Made by a program: the position numbers and the translations under genes. Below, piece after piece: positions 41,685 through 50,010 of a stretch of DNA of 64,000 nucleotides (positions are counted from its first letter, which is position 1; each line of letters starts with the position of its first letter). The notes beneath the pieces were generated by a model. That model saw only the letters and a program-made list of their open reading frames with translations. It ran no database searches and was not told the origin of the DNA. The stretch comes from Nitrosopumilaceae archaeon (GTDB lineage Archaea; Thermoproteota; Nitrososphaeria; Nitrososphaerales; Nitrosopumilaceae): the NCBI GenBank assembly GCA_965207375.1, contig OZ242274.1, forward strand, positions 1,728,001 through 1,792,000, in the 5' to 3' direction.

Positions 41685-42758
41685 TCAGGACATCTTTGCT
41701 AGGTCATCTAATCTATTATGTTTTCTCTGGGTCAGCTCACAATTCTGTGTTCTGTATTCTTCGTTGTTAGTCAGCATGTACCAAATTATCTCCAGCATGT
41801 GTCGCGCTACTGCAACCTTTGCCTTTTGTGCACCGTGTCTCTTTTTTATTCTCTCGTAGATTCTTTGCATTCTGGGATCATGCTGTATGGTTATTGTAGC
41901 TGCCTCAACTATGGCGTTTCTCATCCATACTGAACCCTCCTTTGTTATTCCTCCTCCTTTGTATGTGGATGCACTGTTACGGTGTGATGGTATTACGCCA
42001 CCTCCTGCAGCAAACTTTTCTGCAGTAGAATATCTTGTAATATCTACAAGCTCAGAAATTATTGTAAATGCTGTAATGTGTCTGATTCCTGGTATCGTCA
42101 TGAGCAGTTTTACTCTATCATCATCTTGTGCTATTTGTGCCATCTTTTGTTCTAGTTTGTTTACCTGTGCAATTGAAGTGTTTATGCATTCTAGATGTAT
42201 GTCCATTGACATGCGGTCTATTTCTGATATTGGCATACTTTCTAACCATTTCATTCCTTTTTTTGTAAACGCCCCATTGGTTGGGCACGTATAGTCATAT
42301 CTGGCAAGTATTGCATGGATTTTGTTTCTATGTCGTGCACCGTCTCGTTTGCATCCGCTTCTGGTTCTGACTAGATTCCTTAGATCTCTATAGTACTTGT
42401 TAGGTACAAAAGACTCGTATATCATGTCTGATTTTAATAAATCAGTTAGTATCTCAGAATCAAGCTTGTCGTCTTTTAGCTTGGCCTGTGCTATTATCTT
42501 CGTCTTTGCAGGATGTGCAAGTATTGTATCTATTCCCTCGTCTTCTAGCTTGTCATGTAATCTTATCCAATAGTTTGCAGTGGATTCACAGACTGCTCTT
42601 GCAGTGTCATTGTATGTTTCCTTTATGTGTTTGATAAAACCTGTTATGCCTTTTGTGTCGTTTGAAAATGTAATCTGTTCTAATTTCTTTTTGCTTTTAT
42701 CATTTTTTATGGTTGCAACACATTGTTTCTTGTGAACGTCTATTCCGATGTTGATGAT
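41685..42758 (-). CDS. IS110 DEDD recombinase
   Basis: IGIDVHK, CESTA, KDDKLDS, TIPGI, GVIPSHRNS, AKVAVARH. Likely starts at ATC after SD GGAGGTGA; the ORF-track ATG 42815 lies in the ncRNA. Confidence 0.92.
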   Translation of the reverse strand: MINIGIDVHKKQCVATIKNDKSKKKLEQITFSNDTKGITGFIKHIKETYNDTARAVCESTANYWIRLHDKLEDEGIDTILAHPAKTKIIAQAKLKDDKLDSEILTDLLKSDMIYESFVPNKYYRDLRNLVRTRSGCKRDGARHRNKIHAILARYDYTCPTNGAFTKKGMKWLESMPISEIDRMSMDIHLECINTSIAQVNKLEQKMAQIAQDDDRVKLLMTIPGIRHITAFTIISELVDITRYSTAEKFAAGGGVIPSHRNSASTYKGGGITKEGSVWMRNAIVEAATITIQHDPRMQRIYERIKKRHGAQKAKVAVARHMLEIIWYMLTNNEEYRTQNCELTQRKHNRLDDLAKMS

Positions 42759-42794
42759 ATCATCACCTCCTTTTTGATCAAAATTTGTGGACTT

Positions 42795-42930
42795 GACCTT
42801 GCGGAATACTCCCATTCACCATTCATCAAAAACGTGGTATTTTGTTGTCCGCTTACTGTGAGCTAGTCTATTACTCACCTTCATACGAGGTATTGTTAAT
42901 TCAGCCCTCAGATCCAATATAATCAGTACG
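42795..42930 (-). ncRNA. Putative bridge RNA (target loop 42856-42911, donor loop 42801-42852)
   Basis: RNA reads CUGAGGGCUG-AAUUAAC-AAU-ACCU..AGGU-GA-GUAAUAGA-C-UAGCUCACAG. Both loop segments match the insertion site AATTAAC-TC-TATTAC. Confidence 0.78.
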
Positions 42931-42981
42931 TAGCCGTAGGAGAAAAATTTTTCATATAACGTCTATTACGTAAACAAGCAC

Positions 42982-43510
42982 GAACCCTTGAGACCTATGC
43001 TGCCATGCGTCGTGTTTCATAAGTTGGCCTAAATGAGCTGATGTCTAATATTGCATCTTGCACCTGCAGATCAGGTGGTATGTCTCTTGGACTTGCAGTA
43101 TAGTACCGTGGCCTTTTTTGATACTACACAAAACTGTAGTGATTTATCTAGTCCTATGATATCACACGTGATAGACACTGCACTCATTTTTTGTCTTCCT
43201 CCAACGTTTTTTTTAAAGCGTCATTTGCCACTGCATACTCTCCTATTATCCTCTTAAGGGAGGAGATCTCTTTTTTGTGACGTTTGGCAAGCGATGATAT
43301 ATCAGAGTCGCTAAATGAGCTTTTGCCTGCTTTTAGGAACTTTTCCTTCCAGGCATAGACTGTTCTTGGTTGCAGGTTGTGCTGTCTGCATAATTCTGCC
43401 ATACTGGTTTCAGAGTTAAAGGTCTGTAACACGATACGTACCTTCTCATCTGTGCTCCATTTTGATTTTTTGTTCATATTTTGTATGGCCTCCTAGCGTG
43501 GTCCGCACCA
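42982..43510 (-). mobile_element. IS3-family remnant: left end TG, orfA (43184-43477), decayed start of orfB
   Basis: KWSTDEKVRIVL...MAELCRQHNL...VYAWKEKF HTH; inserted in the last codons of ahcY; truncated at the MITE. Confidence 0.8.
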
Positions 43511-44728
43511 CTTTATCTGTTCTATTGTAAGCTTGTCGATTTTAACATTTGATGATTTTAATGCCTTTTTGGCTATTGCAGTATCGATACAAGCAGGAAC
43601 TTCAAGAATCTGGTTGGGTAGTTTTTTGTAGTTTTTAAAAAGATGTAAAATGGACAAAAGTTGGTTCGAAAAGGACTGATCCATGACTTCTGGAGGATGG
43701 CCTTCTGTGACTGCAAGATTTGCCACTCTGCCTTTTGATACCAGAAATATCGTCTTGTTATTTATGATACATTTGTCAAGACCAGGACGCATATTTTTGA
43801 CATATTGTGACCTGTGTAAAAGAAATTTTGCATCAACCTCAACATCAAAGTGACCCACATTGCCCACAACTGCGCCGTCCTTCATGGATTCAAAATGTCT
43901 TTTGGAAATCACATTAACCATTGCAGTACATGTAATGAAAATATCACCAATCTGTACAGCACGGTCCATCTGCATGACACCATATCCGTCCATGTGTGCC
44001 TCCAAGGCCCTGATTGGATCGACTTCGGTAACTATCACCCTTGCACCCATTGCCTTGCATCTTGATGCAACACCCTTTCCGACCCAGCCATAACCTGCCA
44101 CAACTACTTGTTTTGCAGCAAACAAAAGATTCATGGCACGAAGATAGCCATCAATCGTGCTCTGCCCTGTACCGTATCTATTATCAAATAGATGCTTTGT
44201 GGCAGCATCATTTACTGAAATAACCGGATAGCGCAGTTTGCAGGAATTTTGCAGTGCCTTTATTCTGTTTATTCCGGTGGTAGTCTCTTCGGTGGCACCA
44301 ATTATGTCCAGATCAGAAAATTCAGGATTTTTATGTATCATAATGCTAAGCTCTGCGCCATCATCAGTTACAATGTCAGGCCTTTGTTTGAGTACATTAT
44401 ACACGCACCAAGCAAACTCTTTTTGTGTCTGATTTGACCATCCAAAAACTGTAATTCCTCTAGATACCAAAAATGCTGCAACGTCATCCTGAGTCGTCAA
44501 CGGATTACCAGCTGATGCAACTACCCTAGCACCAAGCTCTTTTGCTCCAATTAACAGTACTGCAGTCTCTTTTGTCAACTGGAGACAAAATCCAAGCGTA
44601 AGACCGTAGAGCGGTTTTGATTTTTTAAGCCTGTGTATTGTATCATCTAAAATTTTCATATGCGCGCGTGCCCACTCGTAGGATAATTTGCCCTGCCTTG
44701 CTAATTTTGGATCTTTGATTTTACTCAG
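43493..44728 (-). CDS. ahcY: Adenosylhomocysteinase
   Basis: NPLTTQDD, DDGAE, EETTTG, FDNRYGTGQS, GYGWVGKG, GHFDVE, GHPPEVMD. Frame extends to CTG 44728 (SKIKDPKLARQGKLSYEWA). Confidence 0.95.
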   Translation of the reverse strand: MSKIKDPKLARQGKLSYEWARAHMKILDDTIHRLKKSKPLYGLTLGFCLQLTKETAVLLIGAKELGARVVASAGNPLTTQDDVAAFLVSRGITVFGWSNQTQKEFAWCVYNVLKQRPDIVTDDGAELSIMIHKNPEFSDLDIIGATEETTTGINRIKALQNSCKLRYPVISVNDAATKHLFDNRYGTGQSTIDGYLRAMNLLFAAKQVVVAGYGWVGKGVASRCKAMGARVIVTEVDPIRALEAHMDGYGVMQMDRAVQIGDIFITCTAMVNVISKRHFESMKDGAVVGNVGHFDVEVDAKFLLHRSQYVKNMRPGLDKCIINNKTIFLVSKGRVANLAVTEGHPPEVMDQSFSNQLLSILHLFKNYKKLPNQILEVPACIDTAIAKKALKSSNVKIDKLTIEQIKWCGPR

Positions 44729-44729
44729 T

Positions 44730-46166
44730 CTATTCGCCTTTCATTTCCTTACGGGATCTAAATTCAGGTACAATTCCTAAAGAATCATAATTGCCAGAAG
44801 AGCATGTAAAACACATAGAGTCCTTTGAAATTCCAACCGCATTGGCTAGATTTTGGGCATCATTATATCCTAAAAAGTCAGCACCAATATTTTGTCTGAC
44901 CATTTCGGTTAGCTGTTTTTCAGACATTTCAGTATCAGAAAAAGTTGCCAATTCTTGTCTGGATGGAAAGTCAATGCCTGCATAACACGGAAATTTAATT
45001 GGAGGATACGTAATTATCATGCTTATTTTTTTTGCCCCGGCTCTGCGCAACGCCTTGATAATGGCCTTTGAGCTTGTACCCCGGACAAGGCTGTCATCTA
45101 CAACTACGACGTGTCTGTCTTTGATTATTTCTCGAATTGGAATTATCCACCGGTTTATTTCAACACGGTCGCTTTGATGGGGTTCGATAAAACTCCTCAA
45201 CGGACCCTTTTTGCTGTATCTGTCCTTAAGCAATCCCTCATCAAAGGATACACCTAGCTGCTGGGCGTATCCTAATGCGGCAGGCCTTGCAGAGTCAGGT
45301 ACAGGAATTACCAAATCAGCATCATGTATTGGAAACTTTTTGGCAAGATATCTTCCAATGTTTTTTCGTGCAACGTAGATGTTTGTGCCCTCCATGTTAC
45401 TTGAGGGGTGCGCAAAATAGGTAAACTCAAATGAGCAGTGTGCACGAGAATTATCGTCTGAAAACTTTTCTGTTTCCATGCCTTTTTTGCTAAAACGAAT
45501 TAATTCACCCGGAGTCACGTTGCGCAGTAGCTGTGCACCTACAGCAGAAATGGCAGAAGATTCAGATGCCACAATATAGGTGTCATCAGATTCCTTGTGT
45601 CCTAACACCATTGGCCTAAATCCCTTGGGATCACGTGCAGCATAAACAGAATTATCGTCTGAAATAAACGTAAAACAGTACGAGCCTGCCATTTCGTCTT
45701 TTAAAATAGACAATGCCTTTCCCATTTTACCATTCTCAGATATTAAAGATACCAGACGTTGTGCAGCAACTAGGGTATCACTTGCATTTTGAGGAGTAAA
45801 CGAACATCCTCCAACAAGGTTTGAGAGCTCTTTGGCATTTGCAATTGTTCCATTATGTGCTATACATAGATCTTTTACCTTTAGCGGTTGTGCATTGTCT
45901 AGGGAGCTTCGTCCCATGGTGGAGTATCGGACATGCCCAATCACGCAAGGTGATGCATATTCTTCTGTAATTTTTTTAAATTCAGAGGAGGCTGCAGAAA
46001 CTAGACCCAGTCTTTTGATGGGTTCTTTGTTTGGAATTGCCAGACCCCAGGCCTCCTGTCCTCTATGCTGCAATGCGCGAAGTGCATCAATTGCCATAGG
46101 AATTACATTAGTTTCACTAAGACTGTATATTCCCACTACACCACAGTTTTCCTTTACCTTAGGCAT
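44730..46166 (-). CDS. purF: Amidophosphoribosyltransferase
   Basis: ENCGVVG, LQHRGQE, GHVRYST, VDDSLVRGTS. Confidence 0.97.
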   Translation of the reverse strand: MPKVKENCGVVGIYSLSETNVIPMAIDALRALQHRGQEAWGLAIPNKEPIKRLGLVSAASSEFKKITEEYASPCVIGHVRYSTMGRSSLDNAQPLKVKDLCIAHNGTIANAKELSNLVGGCSFTPQNASDTLVAAQRLVSLISENGKMGKALSILKDEMAGSYCFTFISDDNSVYAARDPKGFRPMVLGHKESDDTYIVASESSAISAVGAQLLRNVTPGELIRFSKKGMETEKFSDDNSRAHCSFEFTYFAHPSSNMEGTNIYVARKNIGRYLAKKFPIHDADLVIPVPDSARPAALGYAQQLGVSFDEGLLKDRYSKKGPLRSFIEPHQSDRVEINRWIIPIREIIKDRHVVVVDDSLVRGTSSKAIIKALRRAGAKKISMIITYPPIKFPCYAGIDFPSRQELATFSDTEMSEKQLTEMVRQNIGADFLGYNDAQNLANAVGISKDSMCFTCSSGNYDSLGIVPEFRSRKEMKGE

Positions 46167-48318
46167 GTAAAATCAGCTCCTCCAGCGATTTTAACCAGTC
46201 CGTACGTGCTTTATCAACGCTTATTCCAAATGAGGTATCCTTTGAGTTAAATCTTATCTGATCACCTTCAAAGATGCCCAAAATTCCATAATCTATCTTC
46301 TTTTTTGCAAGCATTTGGCTTGCACGGGATTTGTTTTTTTGACTTACAACTAGGATGTATCTGGAATGACTCTCAGAGAATAGTGTCTTGTCTACAGGTA
46401 GATTCTGGCCGGGTGCCTTGTCCAAACTGACACAGCAGCCAATTTCAGAGGTCATACACAGCTCAGATATTGCAACTGCCAATCCGCCTTTTGAGCAGTC
46501 ATGTGCATTTTGAACCAGCCCCCGTTTAATCAATGACAAAACAGCACTCATGTTGTTTTTTGATTTTACAAGGTCAACTGTAGGGCTCTTGCCCCCAATG
46601 AAACTATGAATATATTCATAATATTCAGAGCCTCCAAGCTCATCACAGGTATTGCCTACAAGAAATATTGCATCACCTGGCTCTGCTTTTTGTAGATAAG
46701 GTTTTTTGTCAATTAACCCCAAGACTCCAATTATAGGAGTAGGCTTGATTGGACCCTTTGGAGTTTCATTGTATAAACTCACCTTGCCGCCAACACAGGG
46801 AATTTTGAAAAACTTTGCAAAATCTGCAATGCCTTTGAGTGACTCTAAAAAGGTCCAAAAAATTTCCGGGTCTTGTGGGTTTCCAAACTGTAGGTGATCT
46901 ACCATGCCTATGGGTTTTGCACCGGTACACACTACATTTCTGCACGCCTCTTCAAAACAGCCAATGGCTCCCTGACGAGGATTAAGGTAACAGTGTTTTG
47001 GATTGCCATCAATTTTAACTGAAAGAAATTTTCCATTGTCCAGTCTTAGAACAGATGCATCTTGTCCGGGCTTTAGAATTGTTCTAATTCCTACCTCATG
47101 ATCATACTGTCCATAAATCCAGATTTTGCTTGCAATATTTGGTGATTGTAAAAGTCTAAGCAGTGTGTCTGCCAGATTTTTTGGGATCTCAAATTTTGGA
47201 TTTTTGTCTATATCATCTAGGTATTTTGGCCTGACAGATGGCATGTCTAGTAATTTGGCATTGGCAACTATTTTGGCAGGAAGACAAGCTAGTACCTTTT
47301 TGCCCCGTGTTATTTTCATGATATCATCAGAGGTTACACGTCCTATGACAGATAATTCAATCCGGTACTTTGCGCAAATCTTTTCTAGTTTTTTTAATTT
47401 TGGCCCATCAGTAATTACAAGCATTCGCTCCTGAGATTCAGAGATCATGATTTCATCATGATGCATTCCAGATTCCCTTGTGTGTACTGCATCAACATCT
47501 AAGGTAATGCCGATATTCATTGCATCTGCAGTCTCAGATACTGCACAAGAAAGACCTCCTCCACCCAAGTCCTTCATTGCCTTGATAAGTTTTTGATTTC
47601 TTGCCTCCAAGATGACCTCTATAATTAATTTTTCAATAAAGGGATCGGGAATTTGTACAGCAGAGCGGTCCTGTTCCTCCAGAGAATCTGAGGCAAATTG
47701 AGAACCACCTATCCCATCACGTCCCGTATATCCACCCAACAAGACAACATAGTCGCCGGCATCTGCATGATTTTTTATCAGATTCTCTTTTTTGCCAAAT
47801 CCAACAGATGCAACATCCACTAGAGCATAATTTGTATAACAGTCATCAAATTCAGTCTCACCGCCGATTGTAGGTATACCAAGACAGTTTCCATAATCTG
47901 CAATTCCAGTAACTGCATTTTTAAACAGCCATCTTGCATGTAGATCTTTTTCTATATCGCCAAAACGCAGTCCGTCAAGGATTGCAATTGGTCTAGTACC
48001 TGCAGATAAAATATCCCGAATTACACCTCCAACACCTGTAGCTGCACCACCGTAGGGCTCAACTGCAGAAGGATGATTGTGGCTTTCTATGTGTACCGTT
48101 ACTACATAACCGTCACCTACATCTAATACGCCAGAGTCATATCCCCGCTCGTTGATTACCAGAGTCCCATCCATGGGTAACATTTTCAAGTGTTTTTTAG
48201 AGGATTTGTAAGAGCAGTGTTCTGACCATTCAGCAGATATAATTTGCAATTCGGTAGAATTTGGATTGCGCTTAATTTTTGATTTAAGATAATCTAATTC
48301 CTGCGGGGTAAGACTCAT
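46159..48318 (-). CDS. purL: Phosphoribosylformylglycinamidine synthase subunit PurL
   Basis: WSEHCSYKSS, ESHNHPS, DLGGGGL, SESQERM, GGKVSLYN. Confidence 0.97.
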   Translation of the reverse strand: MSLTPQELDYLKSKIKRNPNSTELQIISAEWSEHCSYKSSKKHLKMLPMDGTLVINERGYDSGVLDVGDGYVVTVHIESHNHPSAVEPYGGAATGVGGVIRDILSAGTRPIAILDGLRFGDIEKDLHARWLFKNAVTGIADYGNCLGIPTIGGETEFDDCYTNYALVDVASVGFGKKENLIKNHADAGDYVVLLGGYTGRDGIGGSQFASDSLEEQDRSAVQIPDPFIEKLIIEVILEARNQKLIKAMKDLGGGGLSCAVSETADAMNIGITLDVDAVHTRESGMHHDEIMISESQERMLVITDGPKLKKLEKICAKYRIELSVIGRVTSDDIMKITRGKKVLACLPAKIVANAKLLDMPSVRPKYLDDIDKNPKFEIPKNLADTLLRLLQSPNIASKIWIYGQYDHEVGIRTILKPGQDASVLRLDNGKFLSVKIDGNPKHCYLNPRQGAIGCFEEACRNVVCTGAKPIGMVDHLQFGNPQDPEIFWTFLESLKGIADFAKFFKIPCVGGKVSLYNETPKGPIKPTPIIGVLGLIDKKPYLQKAEPGDAIFLVGNTCDELGGSEYYEYIHSFIGGKSPTVDLVKSKNNMSAVLSLIKRGLVQNAHDCSKGGLAVAISELCMTSEIGCCVSLDKAPGQNLPVDKTLFSESHSRYILVVSQKNKSRASQMLAKKKIDYGILGIFEGDQIRFNSKDTSFGISVDKARTDWLKSLEELILHA

Positions 48319-48995
48319 TTTTGCACACCTGTAGATTCTAAAATGGATTCAAATATCATCGAGGACGGCCTGTGATCAGTGGGATTGATTTGTGCCTCTG
48401 CTGCACGTTCCGGATGAGGCATCATGCCCACAACGTTGCCTTCTTTGTTACAAACACCTGCTATTTTATCAGAAGAGCCGTTTGTTGCAGTCTCGTAACT
48501 AAAGACAATCTGATTGTTCTTTTTTAGCTCAGAAAGAGTTTTGACATCAACATAGTACCTGCCCTCACCATTAGCAATAGGAATTGGTATCTTTTGTTTG
48601 TGTCCTAGTTTGTTGGTAAATGGAGTACTGTTGTTTTCAACTATAATATTGGTCCATTGGCACATAAAATTCAAAGATGTGTTTTTGAGCAAGGCACCAG
48701 GTAAAATGCCAGACTCTACTAGAATCTGAAATCCGTTACATACTCCTAAAACCGGCATACCTTTTTCTGCCATTTTTTTGACATCTGAAATTACCGGGCT
48801 GTGTGCTGCAATTACCCCAGAGCGCAGCCTGTCACCATATGAAAAGCCACCCGGTAAAACTAGGGCATCAAGATTTTTGGGTAAAGAGTCCTCGTGCCAG
48901 AAATATTTTGTGTTAAAATGAAATACATCAGAGAGAACATGAAACATGTCACGATCACAATTGCTACCTGGAAAAACTACAACACCTACCTTCAC
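48315..48995 (-). CDS. purQ: FGAM synthase glutaminase subunit PurQ
   Basis: FPGSNCDRD, PGGFSYGD, GVCNGFQIL, GMMPHPER. Confidence 0.97.
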   Translation of the reverse strand: MKVGVVVFPGSNCDRDMFHVLSDVFHFNTKYFWHEDSLPKNLDALVLPGGFSYGDRLRSGVIAAHSPVISDVKKMAEKGMPVLGVCNGFQILVESGILPGALLKNTSLNFMCQWTNIIVENNSTPFTNKLGHKQKIPIPIANGEGRYYVDVKTLSELKKNNQIVFSYETATNGSSDKIAGVCNKEGNVVGMMPHPERAAEAQINPTDHRPSSMIFESILESTGVQK

Positions 48996-49055
48996 AAAAA
49001 TACTGTACAGTCGATCTATTTAATTGAAATCTAGAAAAATAATTTTCTGATCGCA

Positions 49056-49316
49056 TCAGGCAGCCCGGACTGTAACAATTATTTGACTGACTAGGGGGTT
49101 GTAAATTCTTAATTCATCGCAGAGTTCTCGGATGACCTTTTGTGCTTTGAGGTTATCATGTTCATTTATGGTAAATTTGAGCATCTTGGCTGCTTTAACT
49201 TGGGAAACAGAGGAAAAATTACCCTTTAAAACCAAATCATTTAGAATTGTTGCCCCTTCAGGATCTGCAATTCCTGGCTTGTTCTCAATGATAACATCGA
49301 CGTTATAATCAGGCAT
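49056..49316 (-). CDS. purS: FGAM synthase subunit PurS
   Basis: NKPGIADPEGATI, YNPLV; upstream of purQ; start reassigned to ATG 49316. Confidence 0.93.
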   Translation of the reverse strand: MPDYNVDVIIENKPGIADPEGATILNDLVLKGNFSSVSQVKAAKMLKFTINEHDNLKAQKVIRELCDELRIYNPLVSQIIVTVRAA

Positions 49317-49622
49317 ATGTTTTGTAGATATATTGTGATTATAATTCTTGTCAAATGTTACAAAATTGAGTGTCTTTTGGATCTGAAAAAAACACATACA
49401 TAAACGGTACAGCTTTTTTACATTTGTCAGGTTCGTAAATGTCAGAGACTGATGCTACAAATTTTCAGGCTTTTTTGGTCGTAATAATTGGATTTGAATA
49501 TGGTAAATCTGTTCGTAATCTTATGTGCCACATTCAAGGAAATTAGATGATGATAGTCCAAGTTCTACAAGACTTCAAGCACCAATGCAAACAAACACAA
49601 AACCGTAAAATTGAAGGCATCT

Positions 49623-49731
49623 ATGGAGCCTTGTTTTGTCGGTCTAGACGTTTCACAAAAAGACCATTCAAATATCTATCATGGATACAGACGGCAATGA
49701 ACTAGCCAACAAAAAGATACAAAACAATCGA
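49623..49731 (+). pseudogene. IS110 recombinase N-terminal remnant
   Basis: MEPCFVGLDV(frameshift)HKKTIQISIMDTDGNELANKKIQNN. Confidence 0.7.
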
Positions 49732-49759
49732 TTCTTTAGTGTTAACTATTGGTGACAAG

Positions 49760-49848
49760 CAGAATATAATCTTCTCCGAATTGCCATTATTTCATCACAT
49801 GTAACTTTGATATTTGGATTTATTGTAAACAGTTAATGCTGAAGAATC
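49760..49848. repeat. Rearranged end fragment of the IS6-like element
   Basis: 49760-49811 resembles the reverse complement of 40658-40711; TIR AACAGTTAATGCTGAAGAATC at 49828-49848. Confidence 0.65.
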
Positions 49849-50010
49849 TTTAGATACTGCATAAGATAGAAAATGATGTTAATTTCTTGTAATAGATCAG
49901 TTCTGAAGTAACTTTGGTTTTTAGATGATCTACTAAAGTTCATACAAAATCAATTTATGGAAAAACACAAGGTGTTTGTAATATTTTTTGATAGTGTAAC
50001 TCTAGATAGA

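Larger units (their letters stand above)
41627..42963 (-). mobile_element. IS110-family element, apparently intact, with sub-terminal IR ATATGAAAAAT and duplicated TC/GA core
   Basis: ATATGAAAAAT at 41631 and ATTTTTCATAT ending 42957; TC at 41627-28 and 42962-63. Confidence 0.88.
41565..42981. mobile_element. IS66-type MITE split by an IS110 insertion (arms 41565-41628 and 42962-42981)
   Basis: The joined arms reproduce the reverse complement of 38725-38806. Confidence 0.8.

Noticed and set aside
42759-42815. ORF-track N-terminus MGVFRKV... of the IS110 recombinase
   Set aside because: The ATG lies within the putative donor guide and upstream of the SD; the conserved IGID motif starts after the SD.
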